Source: Paraspadella gotoi (lineage: Eukaryota; Animalia; Chaetognatha). From it: a stretch of 20,749 nucleotides of DNA. The notes beneath the pieces are model-generated. The model ran no database searches and had not been told where the DNA came from. It was given only the letters and a program-made list of their open reading frames with translations. The translations under genes and the position numbers were made by a program. The stretch is taken from positions 4,159,479 to 4,180,227 of the forward strand of contig CM119271.1 in the NCBI GenBank assembly GCA_051294375.1, given 5' to 3'. The number at the start of each line of letters is the position of its first letter. Positions within the stretch are counted from its first letter, which is position 1. Shown piece by piece: positions 1 through 12,053 of the stretch.

Positions 1-112
1 ACTTTCCCTTCAGGCTCCTTCACCTTTATTTACCCTTTCATCACTTTCATGATGGCAATTTCTGCGCTAATTCATTCTTACCCCCCGATGCGCCATAACC
101 CCTTGGGGCGAC

Positions 113-115
<3 letters not shown>

Positions 116-150
<35 letters not shown>
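116..150 (+). repeat. (CT)n microsatellite
   Basis: Direct reading. Confidence 0.95.
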
Positions 151-154
<4 letters not shown>

Positions 155-1599
155 ATCTTCCAATTACTTTCATAATCATCTCACAATAAGGTTACTCTCG
201 TAGACAATTCAATTTGTCCTCTGATTGATACAGTTAATTCGCTTCCTGATGTCATAATCATGCCCCATAGTAAATTATGCTATTTTTTCCCTTTTGCGGT
301 CATCTATTCAAGATTCCCCATCCATTGCCTAATCCACAATCCTCTCCACCAATCGTCCAATTTCCCGCCAAAGTCCATTTTTTCCTCAGTCGCCATCTTT
401 GATAAAATCGATTTTCTCTCTCTCTCATCTCTCATCTCCGTCTCTGAGGCAGTATGGTGTGCACATTTCCTCTCCAACTATCTGATCGCGCTGATTGGTC
501 CATCCGCGACTCGCCGAGGACCTTACCCCGGCGAAGGAGTAGGTTCGCTCCTGATTCGCGCTCGTCTTCTTCGTCGCGAAGGAAGAGATTCTCTTTCCTT
601 CTCTTTCTCGTCTCTTCTCCTTCTCGCTCCTCTTTCGCGGCGTTTTTCACGGGTCTACCTGAAATTTCGGGATATAATTTATATATTTCTCTATGAAAAT
701 CAGTCATGGCACATAGGAAAAGTAAATAGTAGAAAAGCATTTTTTTTACGTCCGCAAATCGCTAAGTACTTGCGACGATATTTGTATTGCTTTTGCCCAT
801 AAGTGGGCGTCGTCCGTTCATCGTCCGTCGCGTTTTCCAAAATTATAGATCGCCTTTTTTATAATGTTAAATTTGGGGTGTATGAAGCTGAAAATTTATA
901 TACAGCTCTTCATTCATCGATGCTGCATTAAAATTGAGTCTGCGACGTTATTAAATATGTTTTGTTTACGTTTTACAAACAAACAATTTTTTTCTCCCTT
1001 TTTAATTTTTCATAATTCTTGTTTCTCTTCTCTCTCTTTTTCTCTTTAATTACCATGTCTCTCTTCTCTCCTTGCTCTCTTTTCCACTAGATCCACTGAT
1101 TCATGATCATAGGGGAAAAGAAAATCGAGCCTGCAGCTGGCTCTGCAGGGCTTGTTCTTTTTCTCGTCTTTTCTCCTGCTGCTGTACTTCTGCTGTCTGC
1201 TTATTTGATTTGCTTTTCTTTTCTCTGCCCTCGTTTCTCTCTCTCTCTGCGTTTTTATTAAAAAAAAATTGAATTAAGATTGAGACTCGAGTAAAGATTA
1301 GGGAATCGCAATTCGTGCATGTTATCGGATTTTTGCTATTTTTCAGAAGATTGGAACTTTAATTTTCTTGTCCGTACTTTTTTTTTTTTTTTTATTGACA
1401 AATCGCAGAAATATAATTTTTTCTTTGTTTTATAATTTTAATTTTCTTTTCTTCAAAATTTTTTTTTTTTTAGTATCAAAATTTGTCATCACATGCCAGA
1501 TTTTTTCTTATGGCTATTGCGACGATTCCTTATGCTTTTAAGATTTTTTTTTTATTATAGAAATAATAACTTTTTATAAAAATAAAAATAAAATGGTAT

Positions 1600-1702
1600 A
1601 ATTTTACTTTTACGCTGACCGTGGTTAGGTAAGTTAGGGTAATTCGAGTAAATAATTTTAAAAAAAACAAACGCACAAACACCGGTCGGCGAAAGTAAAA
1701 TT
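1600..1702. mobile_element. Short fold-back (MITE-like) element with TTAGG-like core
   Basis: Arms aattttacttttacgctgaccgtg and caccggtcggcgaaagtaaaatt are imperfect inverted repeats enclosing ggttaggtaagttagg. Confidence 0.6.
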
Positions 1703-2252
1703 TTTAAACAATAAATATTATCAAATTTTTTTTCCCATAATATTTTGTATTATCACTTTAACTTTGCTTCGTCAGTCGCTGATTCAGTTCACACTTTGTC
1801 TTTTTGTCGGGAATGCTGACAGTGTTTTAGAAAGAGGTGTAGCGTTCAGTACACTGGCTCTCTATGCGGGCTAAAAGTAAAAACAAAGTTCCTTCAATAA
1901 TGTCTATGCCAGATTAGGCTGTTAAGATTATAAAATTTAATAATAGTTTTCTCAGAATAAAACATTTATATATGGGGTTATAGAGTGAATATAAAAAAAA
2001 TTATCGTCTATACAAATTTTTTTACAAAAATGTCCTAAATTTTCGATGAGAGCTAGGTGCTTAATTCAAATTTTCTTAACCACCTTTAACTGAGGGAGGT
2101 TACCCCGTAACTTGGCTCGTCGAATTTCATGGTTCGCGCCTCAACAAAAGGCAAGCTCAGATATTCTTCAATTTATGGGGGTATTTTGGCTTTTCTTATA
2201 CTTAATTTCATATCACCGTACATTTTTCTAATCAAATTCACTAACTAATTTT

Positions 2253-2537
2253 TTATTGAATTAATTTCAGTTTGTAGATATATTTAATGCTTGACACTAT
2301 GATGTAAATTGCTTTTGCTCCTCTCTCTCGTCGGTATCCCACCTCATCGTTCAGCTTTCTCCCTGTCTCCGCATCAGCGTTCAGGAGTACTGACACAGCG
2401 TCCTTACTATCTTGAGGAACTCTCTCTAATTTTCTTATGCTCGCATCATGTACTCTTTCGTATCCAATAATGTTCTTTTCAACGAGAACAAAATATATTC
2501 CGACTCGATGGGGATTCGTAATGAATGGCGAAACAGT
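2253..2537 (-). CDS. Stop-free coding-like frame (…YFVLVEKNIIGYERVHDASIRKLERVPQDSKDAVSVLLNADAETGRKLNDEVGYRRERGAKAIYIIVSS…), exon or decayed gene
   Basis: 94 sense codons of non-repetitive composition in AT-rich DNA; no family recognised. Confidence 0.3.
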   Translation of the reverse strand, partial: TVSPFITNPHRVGIYFVLVEKNIIGYERVHDASIRKLERVPQDSKDAVSVLLNADAETGRKLNDEVGYRRERGAKAIYIIVSSIKYIYKLKLIQ

Positions 2538-3229
2538 CTAGGTAATCGTTGTCGACCCATAATCCTTTGACACCTGTTTCTAAATACTATATCTTTAAAA
2601 AGAATTTAGACTAATAACTTTAAAAGACTTGTCCCGGGGGGATACCCGCGTCTTTGATTGCGTACAGTGCGAGGATACTCCCTAATTGGGTTATTTCTAA
2701 GTGCGACAATAATGATTTGTATGAAAAATTCTCGAATTCGAATCGACTAGTAACTGCTCGACCCCCAGCTCGTTAGAATAAAATTAAAACCCTAAAAAGA
2801 AATGCCATTTAGTCCAATAGTTATAAAAGAAATATGTTCAGGTATCTCAACTTCAAAATATTCATACCTTCCTCATGAATATTTTTTAAAGTTTTATTTT
2901 AAGGATGTGATTATTCATTTTAAAATCATTTCTAACATTAAAAAAGCATGAAAAAAATAATAAAATAGAAAAGAAAAACTTAGAGAAAACTGTAAGAGAG
3001 AGAGAGAAAAGAGGTCAGAGCAGTATTTTCGCGAGTGCTTTCGCACCCTAGACCACGCGCGATCGCGCCGTCGGTAGAGAAGAGGAAGAGGATCTCGCTC
3101 ATTTTTTGAGAGTCACCGGACGCGGATGACCTATTCGACCTTCGCCGGCGGTAAGAGAGAGAGGAGCGGGATGAGAAGGAAGCCTTTTGTTCCTACCGCG
3201 GCTCGGTCGATTGTCGCCAACCCATGCCC

Positions 3230-3306
3230 CCTCTCCTCTCTCTCTCATCTCTCCACGGTCTCTCCATCTCTCTCTCTCTCTCTCTCTGTCTCTTCCTCTC
3301 TCTCCT

Positions 3307-3368
<62 letters not shown>

Positions 3369-3950
3369 TCTCTCTTTTCTCTCATCTTCTTCTCTCATCA
3401 AAACGAAACCCTAATCAGAAGAGAAAATATAAATGTAAGTCACAAAATAATGAAAAACTTTTCTGAAACGAATCCAACAAATCTGTTTTCTTAAGTTGTA
3501 TTTTTTCTTTGCTGGCTTCGGTCGTTTTGACATCGCGTTCGTCATCGTTATAGTCATATCCTCGTCGTTGTTGTCGACGTTGTTGTTGTTGGTCATTTAC
3601 TTCATGTTGATGACAACAACAACAACAACGACGACGACCGCAAAAATATACAAGAGACCGAGAAAGCGATGGAGATAAGTGGAATTTTTTTCCGGGTCGT
3701 TAGCGACCGAACGAGATCGAGAAATATAGAGAGGGAGACAAATCCCAACCCTGCCCACCCCTAACCTCTCCCTCTCCCTATCTCTCTCTCTCTCCCTCTC
3801 CCACCGCCCAGCGCGGCCTTCCGTTTTCCTCCGGGTCGCTCCCGCGGGGAAAAAGAGAAAATTTTTCTATCTTCGCTGGCTAACTCTTAGGTAGTTCATC
3901 TTTCCACTTGATTAAGCTAACTGCCCGGCTGCTATCCTCTTTCTCTCTCT

Positions 3951-3987
<37 letters not shown>

Positions 3988-3995
3988 CTCTCTCA

Positions 3996-4030
<35 letters not shown>

Positions 4031-4208
4031 CCCTGGCCCGCCCCGCGGAGGAGGCGTCTTGGTCGCCGCCGAGACGCACGGCCAATAGAGCCAAAACTGT
4101 AACAAAATTAACATTTCTTACTTTTACCGAAAAAGCGAAAAAAATGACGCTAAATAATTTTAAAGAAGCTTGACAATTCTCTCTCTTCTCTTTCTGCCTC
4201 TTCTCTCT

Positions 4209-4268
<60 letters not shown>

Positions 4269-4588
4269 TTTCGGTCTCGACAACTTTATTATTTTACTCG
4301 ATCTCGATCTTCCCCAATAGGGCCGATAAAGAGGAGAGAGTTAGAGAGGAGAGAGAGAGAGAGCAGACGAAGAGAGATAGAAGAGAGATGAGAGAGGAGA
4401 AAAGACGAGACGAGGAGAGAAGATTTCCTCTTATTCTCCACGAAAAAGTTTGGCCGGATTGATATAGAGTTTTGACCCCCTTGAAACTCGCCACTTGGGA
4501 ATATATCATGTCTTTTTCGCATTCATATCACACAAAATCTCATCTCGCGCAAAGTGGGAGGAAGAGAGGGAGGAGGAGAGGGAAGGAG

Positions 4589-4632
<44 letters not shown>

Positions 4633-4712
4633 GAGAGGAGAGAGAGAGAAGAGACAGAGAGAGAGCAGATCAGAGAGAGAGCAGAGATAGAGAGAAGAAG
4701 AGAGAGAGAGAG
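3230..4712. repeat. Cluster of degenerate (CT)n tracts (3230-3397, 3935-4030, 4178-4268) followed by (GA)n tracts (4330-4420, 4558-4712)
   Basis: Direct reading; explains the SLSL/RERE ORFs. Confidence 0.93.
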
Positions 4713-4939
4713 ACGTGGGGGAAAGAGGATGGAAAGACTGGCGAAGATCCGGAGAAAAGAAGAGAGGAAAGAAGGAAAAGTTAAAAGAGGATGTTGACAG
4801 GACGGCAATAGTTGATAAGAAAAAGGGTAAACGATAGCGAACTTTAGCTAAAAAAAAAAGAAAAGAAAAGATGATAACATGGAGTCGAAAAGAAAAAGAA
4901 AGGGAGACAAGCCGGAGGGACCGGTGGAGGAAGGAAATC

Positions 4940-5121
4940 AGCGGCAGGAAGGGGCGGCGAGCGGCTGCTGTCGGGCTGCGGCGGCCGCTGCGGCGGAGAG
5001 ACTCAACCTCTCGTGAAAACTCAGAGGCTTCAACGATTTTTATTTCGTCTTTTTCGGGATCAGTTTTGTTCTTTTGTTGTTGTTTTTTTTTTTGTTTTTT
5101 TGTTTTGTTTCGTGTCGCCAT
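4940..5121 (-). CDS. Possible first coding exon (MATRNKTKKQKKKQQQKNKTDPEKDEIKIVEASEFSREVESLRRSGRRSPTAAARR)
   Basis: Good start context caaagATGGCG, with a CpG-rich promoter-like region upstream (5150-5950). The 3' part of the annotated ORF is microsatellite and the true end is unknown. Confidence 0.25.
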
Positions 5122-6300
5122 CTTTGTAGCGGTGATAAAACGAAAAAAAAACGTTTGATGGTTCCAAGTGCCATCTTTGTTTTTCTTGGCATCTTGACGA
5201 ATTTGAGAAGAGCTTTTTAAACGTCTTTATTTTCATTTATTTGATAACAATTAAGTTTCTGATGTTGAAATAATTGACAATTTCTTGCAGAAAAGTAAAA
5301 CAGCTTTCAGAAATATAACTTTTTTTTTTCACAAATTCAAAAATTAAAATAGGATTTCCCCCCCTGAAAAAAAAACCTCCGGCAAATTACTACAAATCTT
5401 TTCGATACTTGGCAAAAAAAAGCAAGCGGCGCATTTGCTTGGCAACGTGGCGCAAAAGAATTTTGGCGGCGGGAAAACGCAAAAAGGCAATCGGCGCCAG
5501 AATCGCATTTTGCTGCGAAATCATTTCAGAATCGGGGGCGACTTTGGGAAATTGTGAAGTCGGTTGCCAGAGATGGTTTTAATTCAAGAGACTCGAANNN
5601 NNNNNNNTTCACTTTTCTCAGAAAACTTCCCACGTTTCTCCTGCGCTTTTCACTTGCAAATCAACCGCATTGAGGCAAAAGAACGCCGGCACCCGTCGCC
5701 GCGATCAAGGCGCCGTCCTCTCGAATCTTAATTACGAATTTCAAACGCCGAAGGGTTTTTTTTTTTAAGTTTTTTTCATCCGAAAGATGTCGCCATTTAA
5801 TCGCTCGTAAACGCGTCATTAATATTTCTAGATTAAATACTTTAAAAAACCCATTAGATAAGCTAAGAAAAATTTCCTTCCCAACTGCGCAAACGCGTAT
5901 TCACTGAATAACCGCCATGTGCCTATTACTACTATATTTTCGATCCCAAAACTAAAAAAACATTATCATAAAACCAAGAAAAAAAACAAAAAAAAAAAAA
6001 AACAACTTTCTCTGATTTATGATTATTTTTGGCGGTATTTTTTTCGTTTTCCCTTTTTCGCGGCCATTGTTTTTTTCTCCAAATGGGAAAAAAGAAGAAA
6101 ACATCTTTTCGCGCTTTCCTTCGGTAAAGGAGCCCTTGCGTCCAGAGAGAGAGAAAAAAACGTTGTCGATTCCAGCGCTTTACGTCGCACATTGAAACAA
6201 TCCGGTCTATTTTTCTCTTCGACGCTTTAAGGACAATCTCTCTCTNNNNNNNNNNNNNNNNNNNNNNNNNNNNNNNNNNNTAACGTTTGACCCTTTAACT

Positions 6301-6383
6301 TAAGCTGGTTCTGATTATATGATTCTTTCTTCTATAATCATTTAGGAAAGTAGTTAAAAAATTCGATATAATCAGCTAGCTTA
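6301..6383. repeat. Imperfect inverted repeat / fold-back element
   Basis: taagctggttctgattatatgatt pairs with attcgatataatcagctagctta. Confidence 0.5.
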
Positions 6384-7099
6384 ATTTTCTTTAAAAAATC
6401 GGTAAGAAGAAAATCTTTTTCAAATTTAAAATTTTTTTTCTAAAAAAGGGTAAGATCGAATTTTAAAAAGATTTTCAGCTTTTATCATAATAATTTATAA
6501 AAAAAAAAACTCGGAATGAATCAAAATTTAAGGTATCGAATGATTTTATTTCAACTTTTTTTTAAAGGATTCTGTTAATCGGATAAAAATAAAACCCTGA
6601 GAAGTAATATAAATATAAAAAGAAGAGAAAGATTCTGTACTTTTGCTAAATTTTTAATTATTATAATTAGGAATTAATATAATTCACTAATACATTTAAG
6701 GGATGAATATGAATATTAATTAATAGTTATTACAGTTTTGTTTCTGTAAGAATAAAATTTAGGTTTGATTTTTCTGCTTTTAAGTGAATATAAAAATAAA
6801 AAAATATTAGTCTTATAAAGCCTTTGTTCAAGGAGGCTTAAACTTAAAATTATAGCTTTGTACAATAACAACTAAAAATTTGGAATTTAATAAAAAATAC
6901 TTTTGAATGCAAAAATAAAATAATAGATCACATACATATTTAGGTAGGATCGACTAAATTTTTTTTCATAATTATTAAATTTTTGTTTCCGCTACAATAA
7001 GAGATAGGAATTTTTTAACCACTTTCCCGTGCAAAGAAAAATTAACGACTATCACCATTCAAATTCCTTTGATGATAGACCCTTAAGCTTATGATATCA

Positions 7100-8170
7100 T
7101 TTTTATCACTGGGTCCCCTTAAAAGCTTCGAGCGTTGAGGCTGGATTCCTCGACTCGGGCGACTCCGAAGGAACGTTAGTTTTAAGAAAAAAGTTTTAAG
7201 ATGAAGGTTTGGCAACGAGAGGGATTACCTGTGGGGGAATCTCATCGGTGGGCTTTAGGGCTCACTGATACTGAGTGACCCCAGTCTCCATCGCGGTAAT
7301 ACTAGTAGTGTCTTTCTCTGCCCAATAAGACAGAGGTCCACCGGGATTGGTGCGTTCGCCAGCTTGGCTTGGTGTAATGAAATCGGTAATGAGGCGGCTT
7401 TAAGACTCCACCACAAAGGTCGCATTAAATGTGGGGTTAATCATTGGACAAAAGATCAAAATATTAGGGCCAATCGGCCTGAAGTCGCAAACCCGAAAGG
7501 GGTGAGAAGGTCACATAAAAGCCACAGCTAAAGGTCGCGACAGAAAGTTCAAGCTCTGCCCTTTTGCAAAAAAACAAACGCCACATTAATATCTTAACGA
7601 TCCATCGCATCTGGTAGAAAACGCCTCGACGATTTTGCTGAAACAAACGCTTCCGAAAACGACCATAAAACCTATCATAGCCCTGAGGCGACCATAAGAA
7701 CTCTTAGCACACAACTCGATAAGAGACGCTTGCTGTAGCTCCAATCAGCAAAGTTTTGTTTCCCCGGAAAAACTTAATATTGTAGTGACGTAATAGCAAT
7801 ACCAGTTGGATACGTTTCTTTCCATGCAGGCGCCGTAATGGGCGAACCAAAAGCAGGTCCGCGCGGGTTATATGGATCCGACGTTCCGGAAATCATAACT
7901 AAAGTGTGTGCCTGGAGGGGGCTATCGCACTGCTCAGAGGAGAGCCTGGCTAAACCATCTTTCGGTCACTGCGAATATCATCCCCTAAAAAACTTTTTTT
8001 TTCGAACATGACCGCCGATTCCATCCTCCCAAAGAGAGACCGCGTGTAAAGTTTTTCCGCGAATTCTTTTACAACCCGACACCTTTTCTCCCCCTAGGTT
8101 GTTCTTGTTTCTTTTTCGTCCAACCTCGCCTATCCCACCCATTTTTTCCCCTTTTTTCGCTCCTCCGCCA
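7100..8170 (-). mobile_element. Possible highly degenerate non-LTR retrotransposon reverse-transcriptase remnant
   Basis: One minus-strand frame (with stops) reads DFRPI…RLITDFITPSQAG…AMETG…DEIP…KGTQ, loosely matching the order and spacing of LINE RT motifs (YRPI, QxGF, KAFD, GxPQG). No YADD-type motif was seen. Confidence 0.25.
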
Positions 8171-8172
8171 AT
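7827..8172 (+). repeat. Duplicated block A (copy 1)
   Basis: Matches 10804-11116 in direct orientation (gcgccgtaatgggcgaaccaaa…tatatggatccga…cccaaagagagaccc/g); many small indels. Confidence 0.95.
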
Positions 8173-8274
8173 AAAATCTCATCTTTAATTACCTTTGCCT
8201 TTTTCGCGCCCGCATAAACTGAGGAATCTCTTTGTCATTCCATAAACACAGACGCTCTTCCAATCTTTCATCTG

Positions 8275-8534
8275 TCTCTCATCTCTCTCTCCTCTCACCT
8301 CCTCTCTCTCTGCTCTCTCTCTCTCTCTCCTCTCTCGTCTCCTCTCTCCTCTCGTCTGTCGTCTCTTCTCTCTCTCGTCTCATCTCTCCTTTTTTCCTCT
8401 CCGCATCGCCTCCGTCGAGAGTCACGGCGCGGAGATTTTCTATTTTTTTCTTTTCTTTCATTCGCTTTCCCCTCTTCCGTTCCCCAGCAACTCGTTGACT
8501 TGTGCTGGGTGATCGCTCATCGTCGTCTCACTCT

Positions 8535-8573
<39 letters not shown>

Positions 8574-9083
8574 ATTCTCCTCTCTCTCTCTCTCCTCTCT
8601 CCCTTCCCTCTCTCCTCTCTCTCTCTCTCTCCCTATCTCTATCTTTCGTCTCCTCTTCTCGTCTCTATCTCATCTCTCTCTCTCTCTCTCATGCTCTCCG
8701 ACATATCAAATCATATTAGACGGAGTTGCTCGGCTTCCATACTTCTCTTCTACAAGGCGATGACTTTTTCAGTCAAGGCTCGAGCTCCCGTCCTTTCTTC
8801 CATGCACCTACCCGTTCACTCCTCGGCCTCCCTTTCCTGACGCTATTCCCTCTTGTTCCTTCCTCGCTTAAAATCTCTCCTTCCTCCGATTTCATCAACC
8901 CCACACCACGCCCTCTGAGGCGGCATGTAACCTCGAAAAAAAAGATACGGTTACGAGATTAGGAAAATAAAAAAAGAGCAGTCCGTATCGAATTAATCTG
9001 TCATTCTCGGCCGGAAATCGTCAATCCCCACCGCTTTTGTATTTTTTTTTTTTTAGGTGGTCGGGCGGAGAAAGACCCCTGAC

Positions 9084-9139
<56 letters not shown>

Positions 9140-9582
9140 AGGAGAGAGAGAGAGAGAAGAGAGAGAGAAAGAGAGAGAGCGAAAAAAAGAGAGAGAGGGA
9201 GAAAAGGGGGAAGAGAGAGCAGAGAAGAGAGAGAGAGAGAGAGAGATATCATTTTTTTTTTCCGCGTAAAGATATTCTTTTAAAAAAAATGATCATGGGG
9301 ATTAGTGATCATGAAAAATTAGATGATTTAACTGGGCGCAGAGCAGAGCGAAGTGAGTGAAAAGCCGTTCACGTGGAAGAAGCAACCAGGCGTGTATAAA
9401 AAACAGATCTGAAACTGTATGCGCTCTAGAAAATGTAAAAATTATAAAAAGAGTGCTGGTTTTCTCTTCTGTCCCAAAATTTTTAGTTTCATGTGGTTAT
9501 TCAGGTTCTGTATTTGTAACGCAAGAAGACCAGGCCAGAGAGAGAGAGAGGGGAGAGGAGAGAGAAGAGATGAGGAGAAAGG

Positions 9583-9634
<52 letters not shown>

Positions 9635-10105
9635 TCTCGAAAAGTAGTAGTAAACAGGTACAATACAAAAACATGAGTCTACGTTTCTGCTAGCATCAAC
9701 AAAACCGTAAGAACACAACACAACACAACAAGCAACTTAGCACACCAAGCGACTTTTAAATTATTTCTCACCATGTTTTTCGGCGTCGTTCGCATGTTTT
9801 TTTCGCCATGAGTGAAAAAAAAAACTGGAAAGAAAAAGAATAACATACGACCAAAAGGGAACTCAAACAGCAAGCAAGAATGGCTAATGGAATCGGATAA
9901 AGGAACAATCGGGTCCGAAGAAGTTTGTAAACAAATACTCGGAACGAAAAAATGTTTTTTCCTTTGGGCGGCGGGGGGGGGAGGAGGGAAAGAGAAGGGA
10001 TTGGTGGGGGAAAGGGGTTTCATGTGTGGGGGGGTTAAATGGGTTGAGGGGTGGGGGGTGGAGGGGAGGAGTCGGTAAGGACAGAGAGAGTGAGTGGAGA
10101 GGGGC
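8275..10105 (+). repeat. Duplicated block B (copy 1)
   Basis: Reverse complement of 11186-12780 (e.g. acaggtacaatacaaaaacatgagtctacgtttct at ~9653 vs agaaacgtagactcatgtttttgtattgtacctgt at ~11531). Confidence 0.95.
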
Positions 10106-10107
10106 GT

Positions 10108-10777
10108 ATGTGAATGAAGCGAAAGACGATGGAGACGGAAATTTTAAGATTTGTGCGGGTATGCGACTGGATGAATTTAAAATGGAAAATTGGTGGAACT
10201 GTGCTGCTTTTGCAATTGATTATCGACTGAAAGCCGCTGCCTTGAGAACTGAGATGGAGAGAGTGAAGTTGTTTTTAGATAACATTGTTATTATACACGC
10301 GTTTCTAAAGAGGAATTGCTTAACGTTTCGTGAAGAAAGGATCGAAGGCTTTGAAAACGAAATTTAATGGAGGATAAATTAGGGAATTGAGAGATAAAAC
10401 TTTTGGAAAGAGGGTGACGTAGTCGAGGAAGAGAGGTGAAGAAAATGGAAAGAAAAAGAAAGAAAGAAAGAAAAAGAAAGAAAGAAAGAGGAAAAGAAGA
10501 AAGAAGGAAAGAAAGAAAAAAATAGAAAGAAAGAGAAAAAGAAGAGAAAAAGAAAGGGAGAAAAGAAAGAAAAAAAAAAAAGGGTGGAAAGTATGAAAAA
10601 GCAAGCGAGGCTGAAGAAAAGATAAGAGTTTTAACACTGAGAAGCAAAAAAAAGAGAAATCAAAATCGATTTTAGAGTCAATTATATTTTTTGTTATAGT
10701 TTCGAGATTTAGAAATGCGGCGTCATGCGTCGCTGAACGTCGACACCTCGACGTGACGAAAACAAAACAACAACAGG
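10108..10777 (+). repeat. Duplicated block C (copy 1)
   Basis: Direct match to 12782-13318, starting atgtgaatgaagcgaaagacg. Confidence 0.95.
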
Positions 10778-10802
10778 NNNNNNNNNNNNNNNNNNNNNNN
10801 NN
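10778..10802. other. 25-N assembly gap separating the two duplicated copies
   Basis: 25 N. Other gaps: 5598-5607, 6246-6280, 11117-11185, 17607-17853, 19552-19578. Confidence 0.99.
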
Positions 10803-10803
10803 T

Positions 10804-11621
10804 CAGCGCCGTAATGGGCGAACCAAACGGTCCCGGGTTATATGGATCCGAAGTTCCGGAAATCATACTAAGTGTGTGCCTGAGGGGGCTATCCCACTCT
10901 CAGAGAGGCCTGGCAACCATCTCTTCGGTCACTTCGATATCATCCCTAAAAAACTTTTTTTTTCGAACATCCGCCGATTCCTCCTCCCAAAGAGAGACCC
11001 GTTAAGTTTTCCCAATTCTTTTACACCCGACACCTTTTCTCCCCCCTCGATTGTTCTTTTTTTTTCGTCCAACCTCCCTTCCCCCCATTTTTTCCCCTTT
11101 TTTCTCCTCCCCAAAANNNNNNNNNNNNNNNNNNNNNNNNNNNNNNNNNNNNNNNNNNNNNNNNNNNNNNNNNNNNNNNNNNNNNGCCCCTCTCCACTCA
11201 CTCTTTCCTTACCGCCTCCTCCCCTCCACCCCTCCACCCCTCAACCCTTCAACCCCCCCACACCAGAACCCCTTATCCCCACACCATCCCTTTCCTTTCC
11301 CTCCCCCCCCCCGCCCGCCAAAGGAAAAACATTTTTTCTCGAGTTTTTTTTACAAACTTCTTCCGATTCCATTAGCATTGTTGTGTTTGTTCCCTTTTGT
11401 CGTTGTTATTCTTTCTTTCCAGTTTTTTTTTTTCGCACCTGGAAAAAACATGGAAATAATTAAAGGCCTTGGTGGCTAAGTTTGTTGTGTTGTTGTGTTG
11501 TTTGTTGTTCTTACGGTTTTGTTGATGCCTAGAAACGTAGACTCATGTTTTTGTATTGTACCTGTTTTACTACTTTTCGAGAATTTCTCTCTCTCTCTCT
11601 CTCTCTCTCTCCTCTCTTCTC

Positions 11622-11667
<46 letters not shown>

Positions 11668-12017
11668 CTTTCTCTTGCGTTACAATAAGAACCTGAAAAC
11701 ACATGAAACTATTAATTTTGAGAAAACCAGCACTTTTATAATTTTACATTTTCTAGAGCGATACAGTTTCAGATCTGTTTTTATACACCCTGTTGCTTCC
11801 ACGTGAACGCTTTTCACTCACTTCGCTCGCCTCTGCGCCCTTAAATCATCTATTTCCATGATCACTAACACCAGTGAATTTTAAAAGATATCTACGGGAA
11901 AAAAAATGATTCTCTCTCTCTCTCTCTCTCTCTCTGCTCTCTCTCCTTCCCCTCTCTCTTTTTCGTCTCTCTCTTTCTCTACTCTCTTCTCATCTCTCCT
12001 CTCTCTCTCTCTCTCCT

Positions 12018-12053
<36 letters not shown>

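Noticed and set aside
340-420. Weak similarity of KMATEEKMDFGGKLDDW to DATWMNLMGKLVD at ~12830
   Set aside because: Too short, and in error-prone sequence, to claim paralogy.
2085-2150. tRNA/SINE-like look (…ggttcgcgcc…)
   Set aside because: No cloverleaf and no proper A/B box pair could be built.
3099-4808. Many ORFs reading SLSLSL / RERERE (also at 8232-9721, 11495-12094, 13993-14214, 19375-20423)
   Set aside because: These are translations of (CT/GA)n or (CTTT)n microsatellites, which lack stop codons.
5430-5580. RFX X-box-like half sites (ttggcaac, gttgccag)
   Set aside because: Only partial matches; not enough to call a regulatory site.
8172-8420. Possible SMRTbell adapter at the inversion junction
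   Set aside because: No convincing adapter match; the adapter-like stretch near 8385-8420 is present in both copies, so it is probably genomic.
8275-10105. Programmed invertible element (shufflon/phase-variation-like)
   Set aside because: No flanking inverted recombination sites, no recombinase, eukaryotic context, and one breakpoint coincides with a gap edge.
10965-11005. Minus-strand TGLSLGGGIG, resembling a lipase GxSxG or FAD-binding motif
   Set aside because: Not preserved in that frame in copy A, and there is no supporting domain context.
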